Source of the DNA: an uncultured Desulfosarcina sp.
Lineage (GTDB): Bacteria; Desulfobacterota; Desulfobacteria; Desulfobacterales; Desulfosarcinaceae
NCBI GenBank assembly: GCA_963674945.2
Contig: CAXXWQ010000003.1
Location: 2,208,001-2,272,000, forward strand
Reading direction: 5' to 3'
Length of the DNA: 64,000 bases
The position numbers and the translations under genes are program-made. Within the stretch, counting starts at the first letter, position 1. Each line of letters starts with the position of its first letter. The notes beneath the pieces were generated by a model. The model was not told where the DNA came from and did not search any database. It saw nothing but the letters and a program-made list of their open reading frames with translations. Below are positions 38,962-49,290 of the stretch, one piece after another.

Positions 38962-40568
38962 ACGACCCTCGAAGAAAAAAGCAGGATCATAGAGAAATTC
39001 TTATCGTTGAAGATACGCCGACAAGTCTACAATATTTAACGAAAATTCTCACGGGCCACGGTTACCGTGTACGTCCCGCAACGGACGGCCCCCTTGCGCT
39101 TCAATCCGTGGCGGCCAGGGTGCCGGACATGATTTTGTTGGATGTAAAAATGCCGGACATGGACGGCTATGAAGTGTGCCGCCGGCTAAAGACAAACGAA
39201 CGGAGTCGAAGGATTCCGGTCATCTTTATCAGCGCATTGAACGATCTTTCGGAAAAAGTAAAAGGGTTCAAGGCCGGGGGTGTCGATTACATCACCAAGC
39301 CCTTTGAGGCGGAGGAAGTACTGGCGAGAGTGCGGACGCACCTGAATATGAAGGAATTAACCGAGGATCTGGAACGAAACGTAAGCGAGCGTACCGAAAG
39401 ATTGACTCTCGTCAACGAGCAACTCCAGCAGGAGATTGCTGAACGAAAACGAGTCGAGAAAGAACTGCGTAAAAATGACTACACCCTAAGGGCGATATTT
39501 AACCAGACATTCCAGTTCATCGGTCTTCTGGAGCCTGATGGAACGCTATTGAAGGCCAACAAAACCTCTCTGGACTTTCGAGGCATCGAAGAAAAAGACG
39601 TAATCGGCAAACCGTTCTGGGAAACAATCTGGTGGCAACATTCAAGGGATTTACAAGAACGAATACGAATCGCCGTGCATCGGGCAGCGAGGGGCGAATT
39701 CATCCGTTTCGAAACCTTTCATCCGCTACCGGACGGCAGCCCTCATTTTATCGATTTTTCCCTTAAACCGGTAAGAGACGACGCCGGCAACGTTACTTTT
39801 CTGATTTCAGAAGGTTGGGACATCACGGAGCGAAAACTGGCCGAGGATGAGAAGAAAGAGCTTGAATCCCGACTCCGCCAGGCCATGAAAATGGAGGCCA
39901 TTGGAACACTGGCAGGAGGCATCGCCCACGACTTCAACAATATCCTCAGTGCGATCATGGGGTATACGGAACTCAGCCTGTTTGAGGCACCCGAGGGTAG
40001 TGTCCTCGAAGCCCACCTTCATGAGGTCTTCAATGCAACAGGCCGTGCAAAAGACCTCGTCCAGCAGATCCTGATGTTCAGCCGCCAGACCGAGCAACAA
40101 CTCAAACCAACAAAAATCGGGCTTATCGTTAAAGAGGCATTGAAACTTCTCAGGGCCTCCTTGCCTTCGACGATCGATATTCACCAAGACATAAAAAGCA
40201 GTGGCCTCGTGATGGCGGACCCGACACAGATTCACCAGGTGGTGATGAATCTTTGTACCAATGCAGGCCATGCCATGGAGGAAAAGGGTGGTGTGTTGGA
40301 AGTGCGTTTGGTTGACCTGGAACTTGACGCCAGCATGGCGACCCGACATCCCGACATGAAGCCCGGTCCCCATCTGGAGTTGACGGTGAGCGACACCGGA
40401 CACGGAATGACGTCAGGGGTGCTGAGCCGGATCTTCGATCCTTTTTTCAGCACCAAGGGAAAGGGGCAGGGGACAGGCCTCGGGCTTTCGGTTGTCCATG
40501 GCATCGTAAAGAGCCATGGTGGGACCATTCATGCGAATAGCGTTCCTGAAAAAGGTACAAGTATTAAA

Positions 40569-42224
40569 CCTGAATCAGTGGCCTAATTTTTGCTGTTAGG
40601 ATTGGCGCGGGGCGATTGCCTCACACACCATCATTTGTTGATAATTTTTCTCACTATTTTCAAATTTCGAAGGAATTTTGCTCCTGTTTCTCATTCTTTA
40701 GCCATAGCAAATCACCAAGCAAATGCCTGTAAAATTGTTCTTTTAAAAATTATAGCTACTTCATAGCGGAAAGCAAATTCAGACGAAGATAAATCCGATC
40801 CATCAGTTTGGAAAATGGATTGAGTTGGCCAAAGGATATGTACCATTTTCTACTTCTGGTTACTAATCGACCGGCCATATACATCAAGTCCTGCATGACT
40901 GTCCGGATTCGACGCCGGGTAACTTTCTTCCGGCGTATACCGGGCAATTCAGTCGGATCACTCTCTTCGATGCTGATTTGTCCGATAATCCGTAGCATGT
41001 TGTACGTCAGCATCGCCAAATGAAGAATCAAGCTATTGGTGGAAAAATGACCGCTCGGCAAGCGCTCCAGGCCCATGTCGGATTTGAGTTCGGAGTGAAA
41101 CTGCTCGCTGGTACCGTGATCGTGATAAAGTCGAATCACCTCATCCGGTGGCAACTGTGCGAGGCTGCACCAATAGGTATCGATCTGATACTCGGGGAAC
41201 AGCAGTACTTGGCCCTTTTTGGTATGCCTTTCGGTAACCTCAAAGATGATTGGGTAGCGCAATGGATTGCCGTTGATGTCTTCAATCGTCTTTCCGATCC
41301 ATACACATTTTCCTGAGCGGCAATGCTGTTGCTTGCCGGATTTTTTTGCCAGATCAACCCACTTTTGAACAGATTCTCTACGCAAATTGCGTTTGATGAT
41401 AAAGTGGACATTCTTTCGTGAATCGTCAGGAAAGTTGTCTTGACTGTCGTTTCCTGAATCCAACCTCATCAAAATAGGCTGATCGGTAATTTGCCTGGCA
41501 TAATCCAAGGTGGCGTTGATAAATTCGGGGGTGTTTTTCTGGCAGTGTTGTTTTCCTTCTCTGAACTCAAGATTCACCAGATACCCCTCGGTGCCCAGGT
41601 AGGCAAAGATCGGAGCGAAGCCATCCGTGCCTTTGTAGGTTCTGGAAACGCCTTCCTTTTGAGTCTTTGAGTTGTCAAACGGACTCACATCCATATCCAA
41701 AGGAAGGAAATCACCCGCACTGGTTTGGATGGGTGAAATCGCCGGAGCGCAGGATCGAACCAAATCAACGCCTGCATCCTTAATCAGCTTATCGGCTTGG
41801 TTGCCGATCAAATCGATTCGCTGACGCAATGTCGGGCTTGACGGGCATGCACGATTGCCAATGGCCTTGTTGAAAAATTCTTGCTTCTCACGAAAAATCT
41901 CGATCGCATCGTAATCAGGTTTACCAATACTCATGAGAGCAATCATCGAAGCTAAAATGTCACCATGAGAAATTTTCGGGTCTACACAATGGACGCCGTT
42001 GATCTTTTCGAAACGGAACCTGAAATTTATCGCATCAAGTAATGCGCCGATATTGATCAATCCGCTATGACTGGCAAGTTTTTCCATCTCGTGTTTTATG
42101 GTGATCGGACGCCGCATTGATTTCACCTCCGAAGTGAGCGTTTAGTGCCCTAATATTACCATAATATATATGTTTTATCAATTGGTTATAGTGTTTTAAT
42201 CAGGTTTTGTGCCACGGAAACAGG
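40569..42224 (-). mobile_element. IS1380-family insertion sequence, 1656 bp
   Basis: Ends CCTGAATCAGTGGCCTAA and reverse complement CCTGTTTCCGTGGCACAA (13/18 match); 5-bp direct repeat TTAAA at 40564-40568 and 42225-42229; more AT-rich than the flanks. Confidence 0.92.
40756..42117 (-). CDS. IS1380-family DDE transposase
   Basis: LDMDVSPFDNSKTQKEGV..TYKG, RLDSG, YHDHGTSEQFHSELK; GGAGG RBS before ATG 42117; frame intact. Confidence 0.9.
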   Translation of the reverse strand: MRRPITIKHEMEKLASHSGLINIGALLDAINFRFRFEKINGVHCVDPKISHGDILASMIALMSIGKPDYDAIEIFREKQEFFNKAIGNRACPSSPTLRQRIDLIGNQADKLIKDAGVDLVRSCAPAISPIQTSAGDFLPLDMDVSPFDNSKTQKEGVSRTYKGTDGFAPIFAYLGTEGYLVNLEFREGKQHCQKNTPEFINATLDYARQITDQPILMRLDSGNDSQDNFPDDSRKNVHFIIKRNLRRESVQKWVDLAKKSGKQQHCRSGKCVWIGKTIEDINGNPLRYPIIFEVTERHTKKGQVLLFPEYQIDTYWCSLAQLPPDEVIRLYHDHGTSEQFHSELKSDMGLERLPSGHFSTNSLILHLAMLTYNMLRIIGQISIEESDPTELPGIRRKKVTRRRIRTVMQDLMYMAGRLVTRSRKWYISFGQLNPFSKLMDRIYLRLNLLSAMK

Positions 42225-42670
42225 TTAAAGTATATCTGCCTGCCATCGAGAGACGGGCGGAGATCGATACGAGAGAGGAGAAGAGACTGCCGACAGGAGG
42301 ATCGGAGCGCGTCCTTTTTATAGACGATGAGCAGGTCCTGGTGGAGGTTGGAAGTAAAATTTTGGAGACTTTGGGATATCATGTGACAACGAAGAACAGC
42401 AGTGCGGAAGCGTTGGCACTTTTCAGATCTAAGCCCGACAATTTTGATTTGGTGATCACCGATCAGACCATGCCGAATATGACGGGAGATGAACTGGCCA
42501 GAGAACTCATCTTATTGAGGCCCGATATTCCCGTCATCATATGTACCGGTTTCAGCACAAAGATGAATGAAGAGAAGGCCTGTGAAATGGGAATAAAAGC
42601 CTTCGTCATGAAACCGCTTCTTATGCATGATATGGCCAAAACGATACGAAAAGTTCTGGATACCGAATAA

Positions 42671-42780
42671 GATGAACTCGTAAAAGTCTTTTTTATTGAT
42701 GAACGAGTTCCTTGGAAGTCCGATATCGGCGTTACGTCTCATCCTTCGTCGCTGTGGAGTACGATAGGCTCGCCTCATTC
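42671..42780 (+). repeat. MITE-like dispersed repeat, copy 4 (partial)
   Basis: Starts gatgaactcgtaaaag (reverse complement of the copy 3 end) right after a stop codon; then ccgatatcggcgttacg...atccttcgtc...cgcctcattc. Confidence 0.8.
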
Positions 42781-42807
42781 TTTTTTTGTCCTGTCGGTCC
42801 CTCGGTT

Positions 42808-44175
42808 TTAATTGATACCAAAATCTTTCAGCTTCAACTGTAACGTTCTGCGGCTGATTCCCAGTATCTTTGCCGTCTGTGTCCGATTCCCGCCCATGTC
42901 TTCGAGAGTTTTCAGTATCATCTCCTTCTCCACATCCTTCAACGAGCGGCCCGAGGAAAGTACGGATGATCTCCCGGAGGGCTCACTTTCATGATTGACG
43001 ATGGTGCTTGGAAAATTGTCGGGGCCGATCTGCTCTCCCCGCGCCATGATGACTGCCCGTTCGATAACATTTTCCAGTTCCCGAACGTTGCCCGGCCATG
43101 GATAGCGAATGAGCAGGTCCATTGCCGGGGGGGTAAAACCCTTGAACGTCCTGTGGTTTTTGGCCGCATATCGGTCGAGAAAGTGTTTCGCCAGAAGTGG
43201 AATGTCCGGCGATCGGTCCCGCAGCGGAGGAACCGTTATGGTGACGACATTGAGCCGGTAGTAGAGATCCTCCCGGAAACGACTCGACGTGATCTCATCT
43301 TCCAGATTGCGATTGGTGGCGGATATGATGCGCGTATCGACCCTGATTGTTCGTGTCCCCCCGACGGGTTCGAATTCGCGCTCCTGAAGCACGCGAAGAA
43401 TCTTTGCCTGGGTGGCCGGCGTCATCTCGGCGATTTCATCCAGAAACAGGGTGCCGCTATCGGCCATTTGAAAGCGTCCCCGCTTGGGGCCGGTGGCACC
43501 GGTAAATGCACCTTTTTCGTGCCCGAAGAGTTCGTTTTCTAGCAGCGTTTCCGGCAGTGCCGCACAGTTGACCTTGACAAATGGCATGTTTTTTCGCGGA
43601 CTGTTGTGATGAATGGCGTTTGCCACAAGCTCCTTGCCGGTTCCGCTTTCCCCTTGGATCAACACGGTGGCCTCGGAGGGGGCCACCAGCGTCAGGGTCT
43701 CGATCAACTCTCTCATGGACGGACTGTTGCCGATGATATTTCCCAGATCGAACGCCCGGCCCAGTCGTTCCTTGAGGTTGCGGTTTTCCACCGACAATTG
43801 GTTCTGTCGCAGCGTTTTATCCACCAGGATTTTTAATTCGTCGACGTCGATGGGTTTTGTCAGGTAATTTTCGGCCCCTGACTTGAGCGCCTCAACCGCC
43901 GAACGAACCGACCCGAAGGCGGTCATGATGACCACCGGGGTATCGGGGCTGATGCGCGCCATTTTCTTCTGGGCGGCGTCTCCGTCCATTCGTTTCATGC
44001 GAAGATCCATGAGTACCAGATCGAAAAAATTTCTTTCCACCAAATTGCAGGCGGTGTCGCCGTCGTCGGCCTCTTGAATTTCATAGCCCTCGACGGAAAG
44101 TACGGCCTTGAGCATCGTCCGGTGAGAAGCATCGTCGTCGACGACAAGTATCTTGGCGGTTTCGGTGGTATTCAT
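42808..44175 (-). CDS. Sigma54-dependent response regulator (NtrC/ZraR family)
   Basis: REC; GESGTGKE; GAFTGA; LFLDEI; DLYYRLNV; WPGNVREL; Fis HTH (GNRTQTAKILGISRRTL). Confidence 0.95.
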   Translation of the reverse strand: MNTTETAKILVVDDDASHRTMLKAVLSVEGYEIQEADDGDTACNLVERNFFDLVLMDLRMKRMDGDAAQKKMARISPDTPVVIMTAFGSVRSAVEALKSGAENYLTKPIDVDELKILVDKTLRQNQLSVENRNLKERLGRAFDLGNIIGNSPSMRELIETLTLVAPSEATVLIQGESGTGKELVANAIHHNSPRKNMPFVKVNCAALPETLLENELFGHEKGAFTGATGPKRGRFQMADSGTLFLDEIAEMTPATQAKILRVLQEREFEPVGGTRTIRVDTRIISATNRNLEDEITSSRFREDLYYRLNVVTITVPPLRDRSPDIPLLAKHFLDRYAAKNHRTFKGFTPPAMDLLIRYPWPGNVRELENVIERAVIMARGEQIGPDNFPSTIVNHESEPSGRSSVLSSGRSLKDVEKEMILKTLEDMGGNRTQTAKILGISRRTLQLKLKDFGIN

Positions 44176-45905
44176 TTTTCGACATCCTTGAGAAGGAGGG
44201 TGAAGCGGGTGCCCCATGGCTTTCCCGGCGGCGGGCTCTCTAATCGGACGCTTCCGTTATGGTTTTCCGCGATTTTTCTCACCATGGCCAGGCCCAGACC
44301 GGTACCCCTTTCGCGGGTGGTGTAAAAGGGTTCGAATACCTTGTCATGAAGGTCCGGTGCGATGCCCGGGCCGTCGTCTTCCACGAAAACGGCTACCCCG
44401 TTTTCCGGATGGGCCTTGCCGGCCCTTATTTCGATTGTGCCGCCTTCATCCAAGGCGTGGATGGCGTTGAGCATCAGGTTCAGGATCGCCTGGGTGAGCT
44501 GGTTGGGATCTGCGAACAACCGGGGGCAATTCGGATCGATCTCGATCCGGACACGGATGCATTGGGCGCTCGTATCGGCGGATACCAGGGAGACCACATG
44601 ATCGATGATATCCAAAAGGCAAATATCTTCCGGTTCCAATGCCATGGGCCGGGCAAAGTTGAGCAGGTCCGTGACGACATGGTTGATCCGATCGATCTCG
44701 CGCACCATCAAATCTGCATACTCACGCTCGGGAGATTTTTTATCATGACCTTTTCCCAGAAGGTAGGCAAATCCACGGATGGAGCTCAACGGATTGCGGA
44801 TTTCATGCGCCACACCTGCTGCTAGGCGACCGATCGCCGCCAGTCTTTCCGTTCGTCGCACTTGCTTTTCCAGGGCTTTTATGGCGCTCATGTCCCGGAT
44901 CACAACGACTGCGCCCTTTCGACCGCCGGTTTCGTCTTTTATGGGCGTCGCAGTGAGCATCAACGGAAGGGTGTCTCCGGACCTTCGCGAAAACCATATT
45001 TCATGCCCCATTTCGGAGATGCCCGGATCGAGTGTCCGGGCGATGCCGGAATTTTCGAAATCGAATATTTCACGCAAATCGAGGCCATCGATATCGGATT
45101 CCGGAATATCCAGCAGGGAGAGGACCTGACGATTGTAAGAGACCACGTGGCCGGCAGCGTCGATGCTCAGCACGCCGTAGGCCATACTGGCGATCACCTG
45201 CCGGGTATAATCCCGGGCTTCCTGCAGTGTCCTGTTGAGCAGATAGTAGCTTCGCAGCACGATGAAAAAATAGATCACGCCGCCTCCCAAAACCAGTACG
45301 ATTCCTCCCATGATGAAGGCATGCTGCAGATCAGACCGACGGGCCGTTTCATAGGTCTGCATGCTCATGGCCAGATAGACCGTTGCCCTCTGATGGAACG
45401 GCACCTGAACTTCCTTCGTCGAGGACTTCTCCGCCGGAACGTTTGCCTCTTTACCGATGCCCATCGGGTCGAAAGGTTTGGCCACCTCGTACACCCGGCT
45501 CCCGTCTTCCAAACGCCTCAGCCGTGTGTGAACCTCGTCAACATGGTGGAATCGTGGAATCCACAAGGCGCGTGTGCCCTCCAGTGACGGAATGGAGTGG
45601 TGCACCACAATCCCGTCGGCGTTCACCAGAAAGAGGTATTGGATTCCTTCCGAATGGCCGATTTCGTGAACCAGATTGCCGATGGCGTCCTCCCCTTTCG
45701 CCTGCATCGTCATTGATGCACGGGCACCAGCTTCGAGCGCATGAATAAGGGTCAATGCCTGGCGATGAACGACCTGTCTTTCGGCGTTTCTCTCCCGATT
45801 CAGATTGGCAATGGTGGAGATGCTGATGAAGACGAGAAGTATCAGAACGACGAACAAGATAAAAATCGCAGTCAGATAGAGTTGACGACGGGGTACGACG
45901 TTCAT
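44172..45905 (-). CDS. Sensor histidine kinase with PAS (ZraS-like)
   Basis: Two TMs, PAS, AAGVAHEIRNPL, GTGLGL; AAGGAG RBS before ATG 45905; overlaps the regulator start. Confidence 0.92.
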   Translation of the reverse strand: MNVVPRRQLYLTAIFILFVVLILLVFISISTIANLNRERNAERQVVHRQALTLIHALEAGARASMTMQAKGEDAIGNLVHEIGHSEGIQYLFLVNADGIVVHHSIPSLEGTRALWIPRFHHVDEVHTRLRRLEDGSRVYEVAKPFDPMGIGKEANVPAEKSSTKEVQVPFHQRATVYLAMSMQTYETARRSDLQHAFIMGGIVLVLGGGVIYFFIVLRSYYLLNRTLQEARDYTRQVIASMAYGVLSIDAAGHVVSYNRQVLSLLDIPESDIDGLDLREIFDFENSGIARTLDPGISEMGHEIWFSRRSGDTLPLMLTATPIKDETGGRKGAVVVIRDMSAIKALEKQVRRTERLAAIGRLAAGVAHEIRNPLSSIRGFAYLLGKGHDKKSPEREYADLMVREIDRINHVVTDLLNFARPMALEPEDICLLDIIDHVVSLVSADTSAQCIRVRIEIDPNCPRLFADPNQLTQAILNLMLNAIHALDEGGTIEIRAGKAHPENGVAVFVEDDGPGIAPDLHDKVFEPFYTTRERGTGLGLAMVRKIAENHNGSVRLESPPPGKPWGTRFTLLLKDVEK

Positions 45906-45972
45906 CGCTGACGACTCCTTATCCGAAATTATCCGAAAGATCCTCGATTTACAATAATGCGCAAGCAGGGTC

Positions 45973-46144
45973 GGTGCAAATTTTTTTCGCACCTGAGCGA
46001 TTTGCATTTCTACTTGAAAAAACGGTCAGAGTGCATACCGTCAAGAATATCTCATAGCCCTATAACGACACAGGTTATGCGCATCCGCGTATTTTTTTCG
46101 CACTTGTTCCGTTCATTGTCGAAGCCGGATCTTTTTTTCGCGCC
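45973..46144. promoter_or_regulatory. Three candidate enhancer (UAS) sites for a sigma54 activator
   Basis: TTTTTTTCGC(A/G)C occurs within 45973-45993 (dyad GGTGC-N11-GCACC), 46087-46103 and 46127-46144. Confidence 0.5.
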
Positions 46145-46207
46145 TTTTCTATTCCACGGCTTCTTGGTCATTAATAAATAACCCATTTATTCAGCACGTT
46201 ATTCCTA

Positions 46208-46222
46208 TGGCACGTTATTTGA
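46208..46222 (+). promoter_or_regulatory. Sigma54-type promoter with non-canonical -12
   Basis: TGGCACGTTATTTGA: perfect -24 (TGGCACG), TTGA instead of TTGC at -12; 85 bp upstream of the efflux operon. Confidence 0.5.
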
Positions 46223-46307
46223 GTAAGTCGTTTGCATAAGACTTCGCAATGGAAATGAAAACAGCACATTTTCAATTCCATTTATCAATCAACTCCTGGA
46301 GAAAAGA

Positions 46308-47735
46308 ATGGAAAATCTCATTTCGAAGTCGGGTTCTCGAAAAAAGTTTCCGATGAAAAACGGCCGGTTGATATACGATTTCACCATCGTCTTAATCACC
46401 ATGGTGATTTCACTTCAGTCACCTATCGCCGCCAATGCCGATGATGTGGAATCAACCCTGCCCGATGAGAATGCGATTACCGGAGACGCGGTTCGACTGT
46501 CGGACCTGGTTCGACTCGCCTACGCGAAAAACCCATCCATCGCCCAGGCCCGGGAAAATTGGCGGGTTACCATAGAAAACTATCGGGTCGCCGCAGGTTA
46601 CCCTGACCCCCAGCTCATGTTCACCTGGTTCCCCGAACCCATCGAAACCCGCCTGGGACCACAGGACTGGAACGCCCAAATATCCCAGATGATCCCATTC
46701 CCAGGTAAGTTGTCCAAGGCCGGCGAATTGGTGGCGCAGGATGCCCGCATCGCCCGCCTGAAACTGGACAAGACCGTCAAGGAAACGATTCTGGCGGTCA
46801 AATCGTCCTATTACGAATTGTGGTACATCCGCCAGGCTCAAACCATTACTCATCATAATGCAAAGCTTTTGGATCATCTGCGAAAGATTGGCGAGACGGC
46901 CCACGCGCAAGACCGGGCAACGCTCACCGACGTGGTCAAGGCTCAATCTACGACCGGCCAGCTTCAATATGACGCGCTTCTCCTGGAAGAATTGGAACAG
47001 ACGGAAATCACCCGGTTGAACGGGCTGTTGAACCGCCCCCCGGATTCGATTGTCGGTGCGCTGGAATCTCCTGTTATCGCTCCGATCACCGTCGATGGAC
47101 AGTCAATTTACCAATTGGCGGAGGTAAACCAGGAAGAGATTCAAATGGCCCAGGTCGGGGTCGACAAGGGTGACGCCAAAGTCTCACTGGCTCGCTTTCA
47201 GAACATGCCGGACTTCAAGGTCGGCCTGTTTTATGCGGGGATCGGTGAACCGGACGTGGCCATGCCCCCAGAAGATGCCGGACGGGATGCCATCGGTCTA
47301 CAGGCTGGCATCTCCATCCCTTTGTGGTTTGGAAAAAACAACAGCCGCGTGGACAAGGCCCTGGCTGAAAAATCCAGTGCCCGCGCGGAAAAGCAAGCTA
47401 AAATCAACAACGTCCGCACCCAGATCCGCACCCTTTTTTTCAAGGCCCGTAACGCCCAACGCATCATATCCCTCTACCAAACCGACCTGTTGCCCCAGGC
47501 TGCCCGGTCCATGGAACTGGCCGAAGTCTGGTATCGGGAGGGCGAGGCATCTTTTTCCGATTTCATCGAGACCCAATCGGTCTGGTACAATTTTCAACTG
47601 GCGTTGTCCCGTGCAACTGCAGACTACGGGATTTATCTGGCGAAGCTCGAACGGTTGGCCGGAACCACCTTGACCGGCGATGTCAATCCGCCGACGCCAG
47701 CGTCAGGACCCGCGGCAGGAAGGGAAGAGCCATGA
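46308..47735 (+). CDS. TolC-family outer membrane factor 1
   Basis: AYAKNPSI, YPDPQL, ISQMIPFPGKL, GISIPLW, YREGEASFSDFIE. Confidence 0.88.
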   Translation: MENLISKSGSRKKFPMKNGRLIYDFTIVLITMVISLQSPIAANADDVESTLPDENAITGDAVRLSDLVRLAYAKNPSIAQARENWRVTIENYRVAAGYPDPQLMFTWFPEPIETRLGPQDWNAQISQMIPFPGKLSKAGELVAQDARIARLKLDKTVKETILAVKSSYYELWYIRQAQTITHHNAKLLDHLRKIGETAHAQDRATLTDVVKAQSTTGQLQYDALLLEELEQTEITRLNGLLNRPPDSIVGALESPVIAPITVDGQSIYQLAEVNQEEIQMAQVGVDKGDAKVSLARFQNMPDFKVGLFYAGIGEPDVAMPPEDAGRDAIGLQAGISIPLWFGKNNSRVDKALAEKSSARAEKQAKINNVRTQIRTLFFKARNAQRIISLYQTDLLPQAARSMELAEVWYREGEASFSDFIETQSVWYNFQLALSRATADYGIYLAKLERLAGTTLTGDVNPPTPASGPAAGREEP

Positions 47736-49264
47736 AAATCTTCTTTCCCATTATTATTGCCATTTTGTCGATCATTATTGCCGGCGACACATATGCCGGA
47801 TATCGCGACATGCGGCAGGAGATGGAAGCGTATACCCCGCCGGACATGCTTCATCCCGCCACATCCGTTGTTCCGGCAAGCTCTATGGAACCGGATGCCT
47901 TTACGGTGGAGAAGCAAACCATCGAGGAGGCACGGAACCGGTGGGAGCGACTGGTCTCGAGATCACCCTCTTGGATTCCGACAATGGATCTTTCCCCTGT
48001 GGTGACGCAAAGTGCCGACGATGACGAAAAAACCCTTGCCGTACTCCGCGATCCCTTTCCTCTCGAAACCCTTCAAACCCTCATTTGGCTTCGCAATCCG
48101 TCCATCAAAGGGGCCACGGCCCGTTTCAGGGCCGCTCTTGAGGGGTTCGACCAGGTGGCCCAGCTGGACGAAATCTTGCGCCAGTATTCGGCATTCACGG
48201 CAAGCGTCATGACCGGGGTTGGACCCATGACCGGCATGGGCGACAGAATAGAAATGAAATTTCCCTATCCCGGGGTGACGGCACTCAAAGGCCAGGTAGC
48301 GGAAAAAGACGTCGAGATGGAAAAGAGGTCTTTGGATATGGTTCGGCGGGACGCATTGGCGCGCGGTGGAAAGGCCTATTGGAATCTCGTTTACAACCAT
48401 CGAGCGCTGAAGATCACGCGCGATACTCTCGATCAGCTGAATCATCTGGAGTCGGTCGCCACCACGCGATACGGAGCCGGCAAGACAAGTTACCAGGACG
48501 TGGTCAAGATTCGCATCGGCCGGGAAAAATTGGAAGAGCAGTTTGATACGTTACAAAAGCAGCGGATCAACCTGGAGACCGAACTGCTCAGCCTGGTGGA
48601 CCTGCCTCCGGGAACGCTTCTTGGCTGGCCCAGGACCACTACGCCGGACCTGACCGTACCCCGATTGGAAACCCTCTATTCCCTGGCTCTGGAAAAACGT
48701 CAGGAACTGAACCGCATGCGGGCCATGGTGGCCAGGATGGAGCGGATGGTGGAGATGGCCGAGACCATGATTCAACCGGATTTTTCCCAATACTATTCCC
48801 TTTACGCCGATCAGGAGGTCTTGCAGGTGGGCAGCAGCCGGATGAAACCCACTTTCGCAACAACTGTCTCCACGACCCGGGGCAGGGGACTGCCGAAAAA
48901 CGCCTGGTTCGGTACGAAGGACGCCTATCTTGCAGAGACACGGGAAAAACTCAAAGGACTTCGCGCGGACCTCGCCGATGCCGAATCCCAAACCCGGCTC
49001 ATGGTGCGAACGGGCTGGTTCGAGCTGGACCGGGCCCGCCGGGAACGTTCCCTTTACAAAGACCGGCTGCTGGAGCTTTCTCAGACCTCACTGGATGTAT
49101 CTACGAAGGGTTACGAAACCGGAAACGTTTCCTTTGCCGACGTCATCGCATCGTACACCGGATGGCTTGATGTGAACCTGGCAAGCGAGCGTAGAAACAG
49201 CGACGTGGGGATCGCCCGAATCGAACTCGCACGTCGCGTCGGAGCCCCGCTTCCCGGCAGATGA
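47732..49264 (+). CDS. TolC-family outer membrane factor 2 (divergent)
   Basis: Signal peptide; RNPSIK, FPYPG, YGAGKTSYQDVVK, ALEKRQEL, YETGNVSFADVI; ATGA overlap with the upstream gene. Confidence 0.82.
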   Translation: MKIFFPIIIAILSIIIAGDTYAGYRDMRQEMEAYTPPDMLHPATSVVPASSMEPDAFTVEKQTIEEARNRWERLVSRSPSWIPTMDLSPVVTQSADDDEKTLAVLRDPFPLETLQTLIWLRNPSIKGATARFRAALEGFDQVAQLDEILRQYSAFTASVMTGVGPMTGMGDRIEMKFPYPGVTALKGQVAEKDVEMEKRSLDMVRRDALARGGKAYWNLVYNHRALKITRDTLDQLNHLESVATTRYGAGKTSYQDVVKIRIGREKLEEQFDTLQKQRINLETELLSLVDLPPGTLLGWPRTTTPDLTVPRLETLYSLALEKRQELNRMRAMVARMERMVEMAETMIQPDFSQYYSLYADQEVLQVGSSRMKPTFATTVSTTRGRGLPKNAWFGTKDAYLAETREKLKGLRADLADAESQTRLMVRTGWFELDRARRERSLYKDRLLELSQTSLDVSTKGYETGNVSFADVIASYTGWLDVNLASERRNSDVGIARIELARRVGAPLPGR

Positions 49265-49290
49265 AATGGGATGACATGAAAGGAGATCCA

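Larger units (their letters stand above)
38958..42670 (+). pseudogene. Hybrid histidine kinase (REC-PAS-HisKA-HATPase-REC) split by an IS1380-family insertion
   Basis: Removing 40569-42229 restores the frame: ...EKGTSIK|VYLPAIERR...VLFIDDE; the C-terminal REC lies at 42230-42670. Confidence 0.92.
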
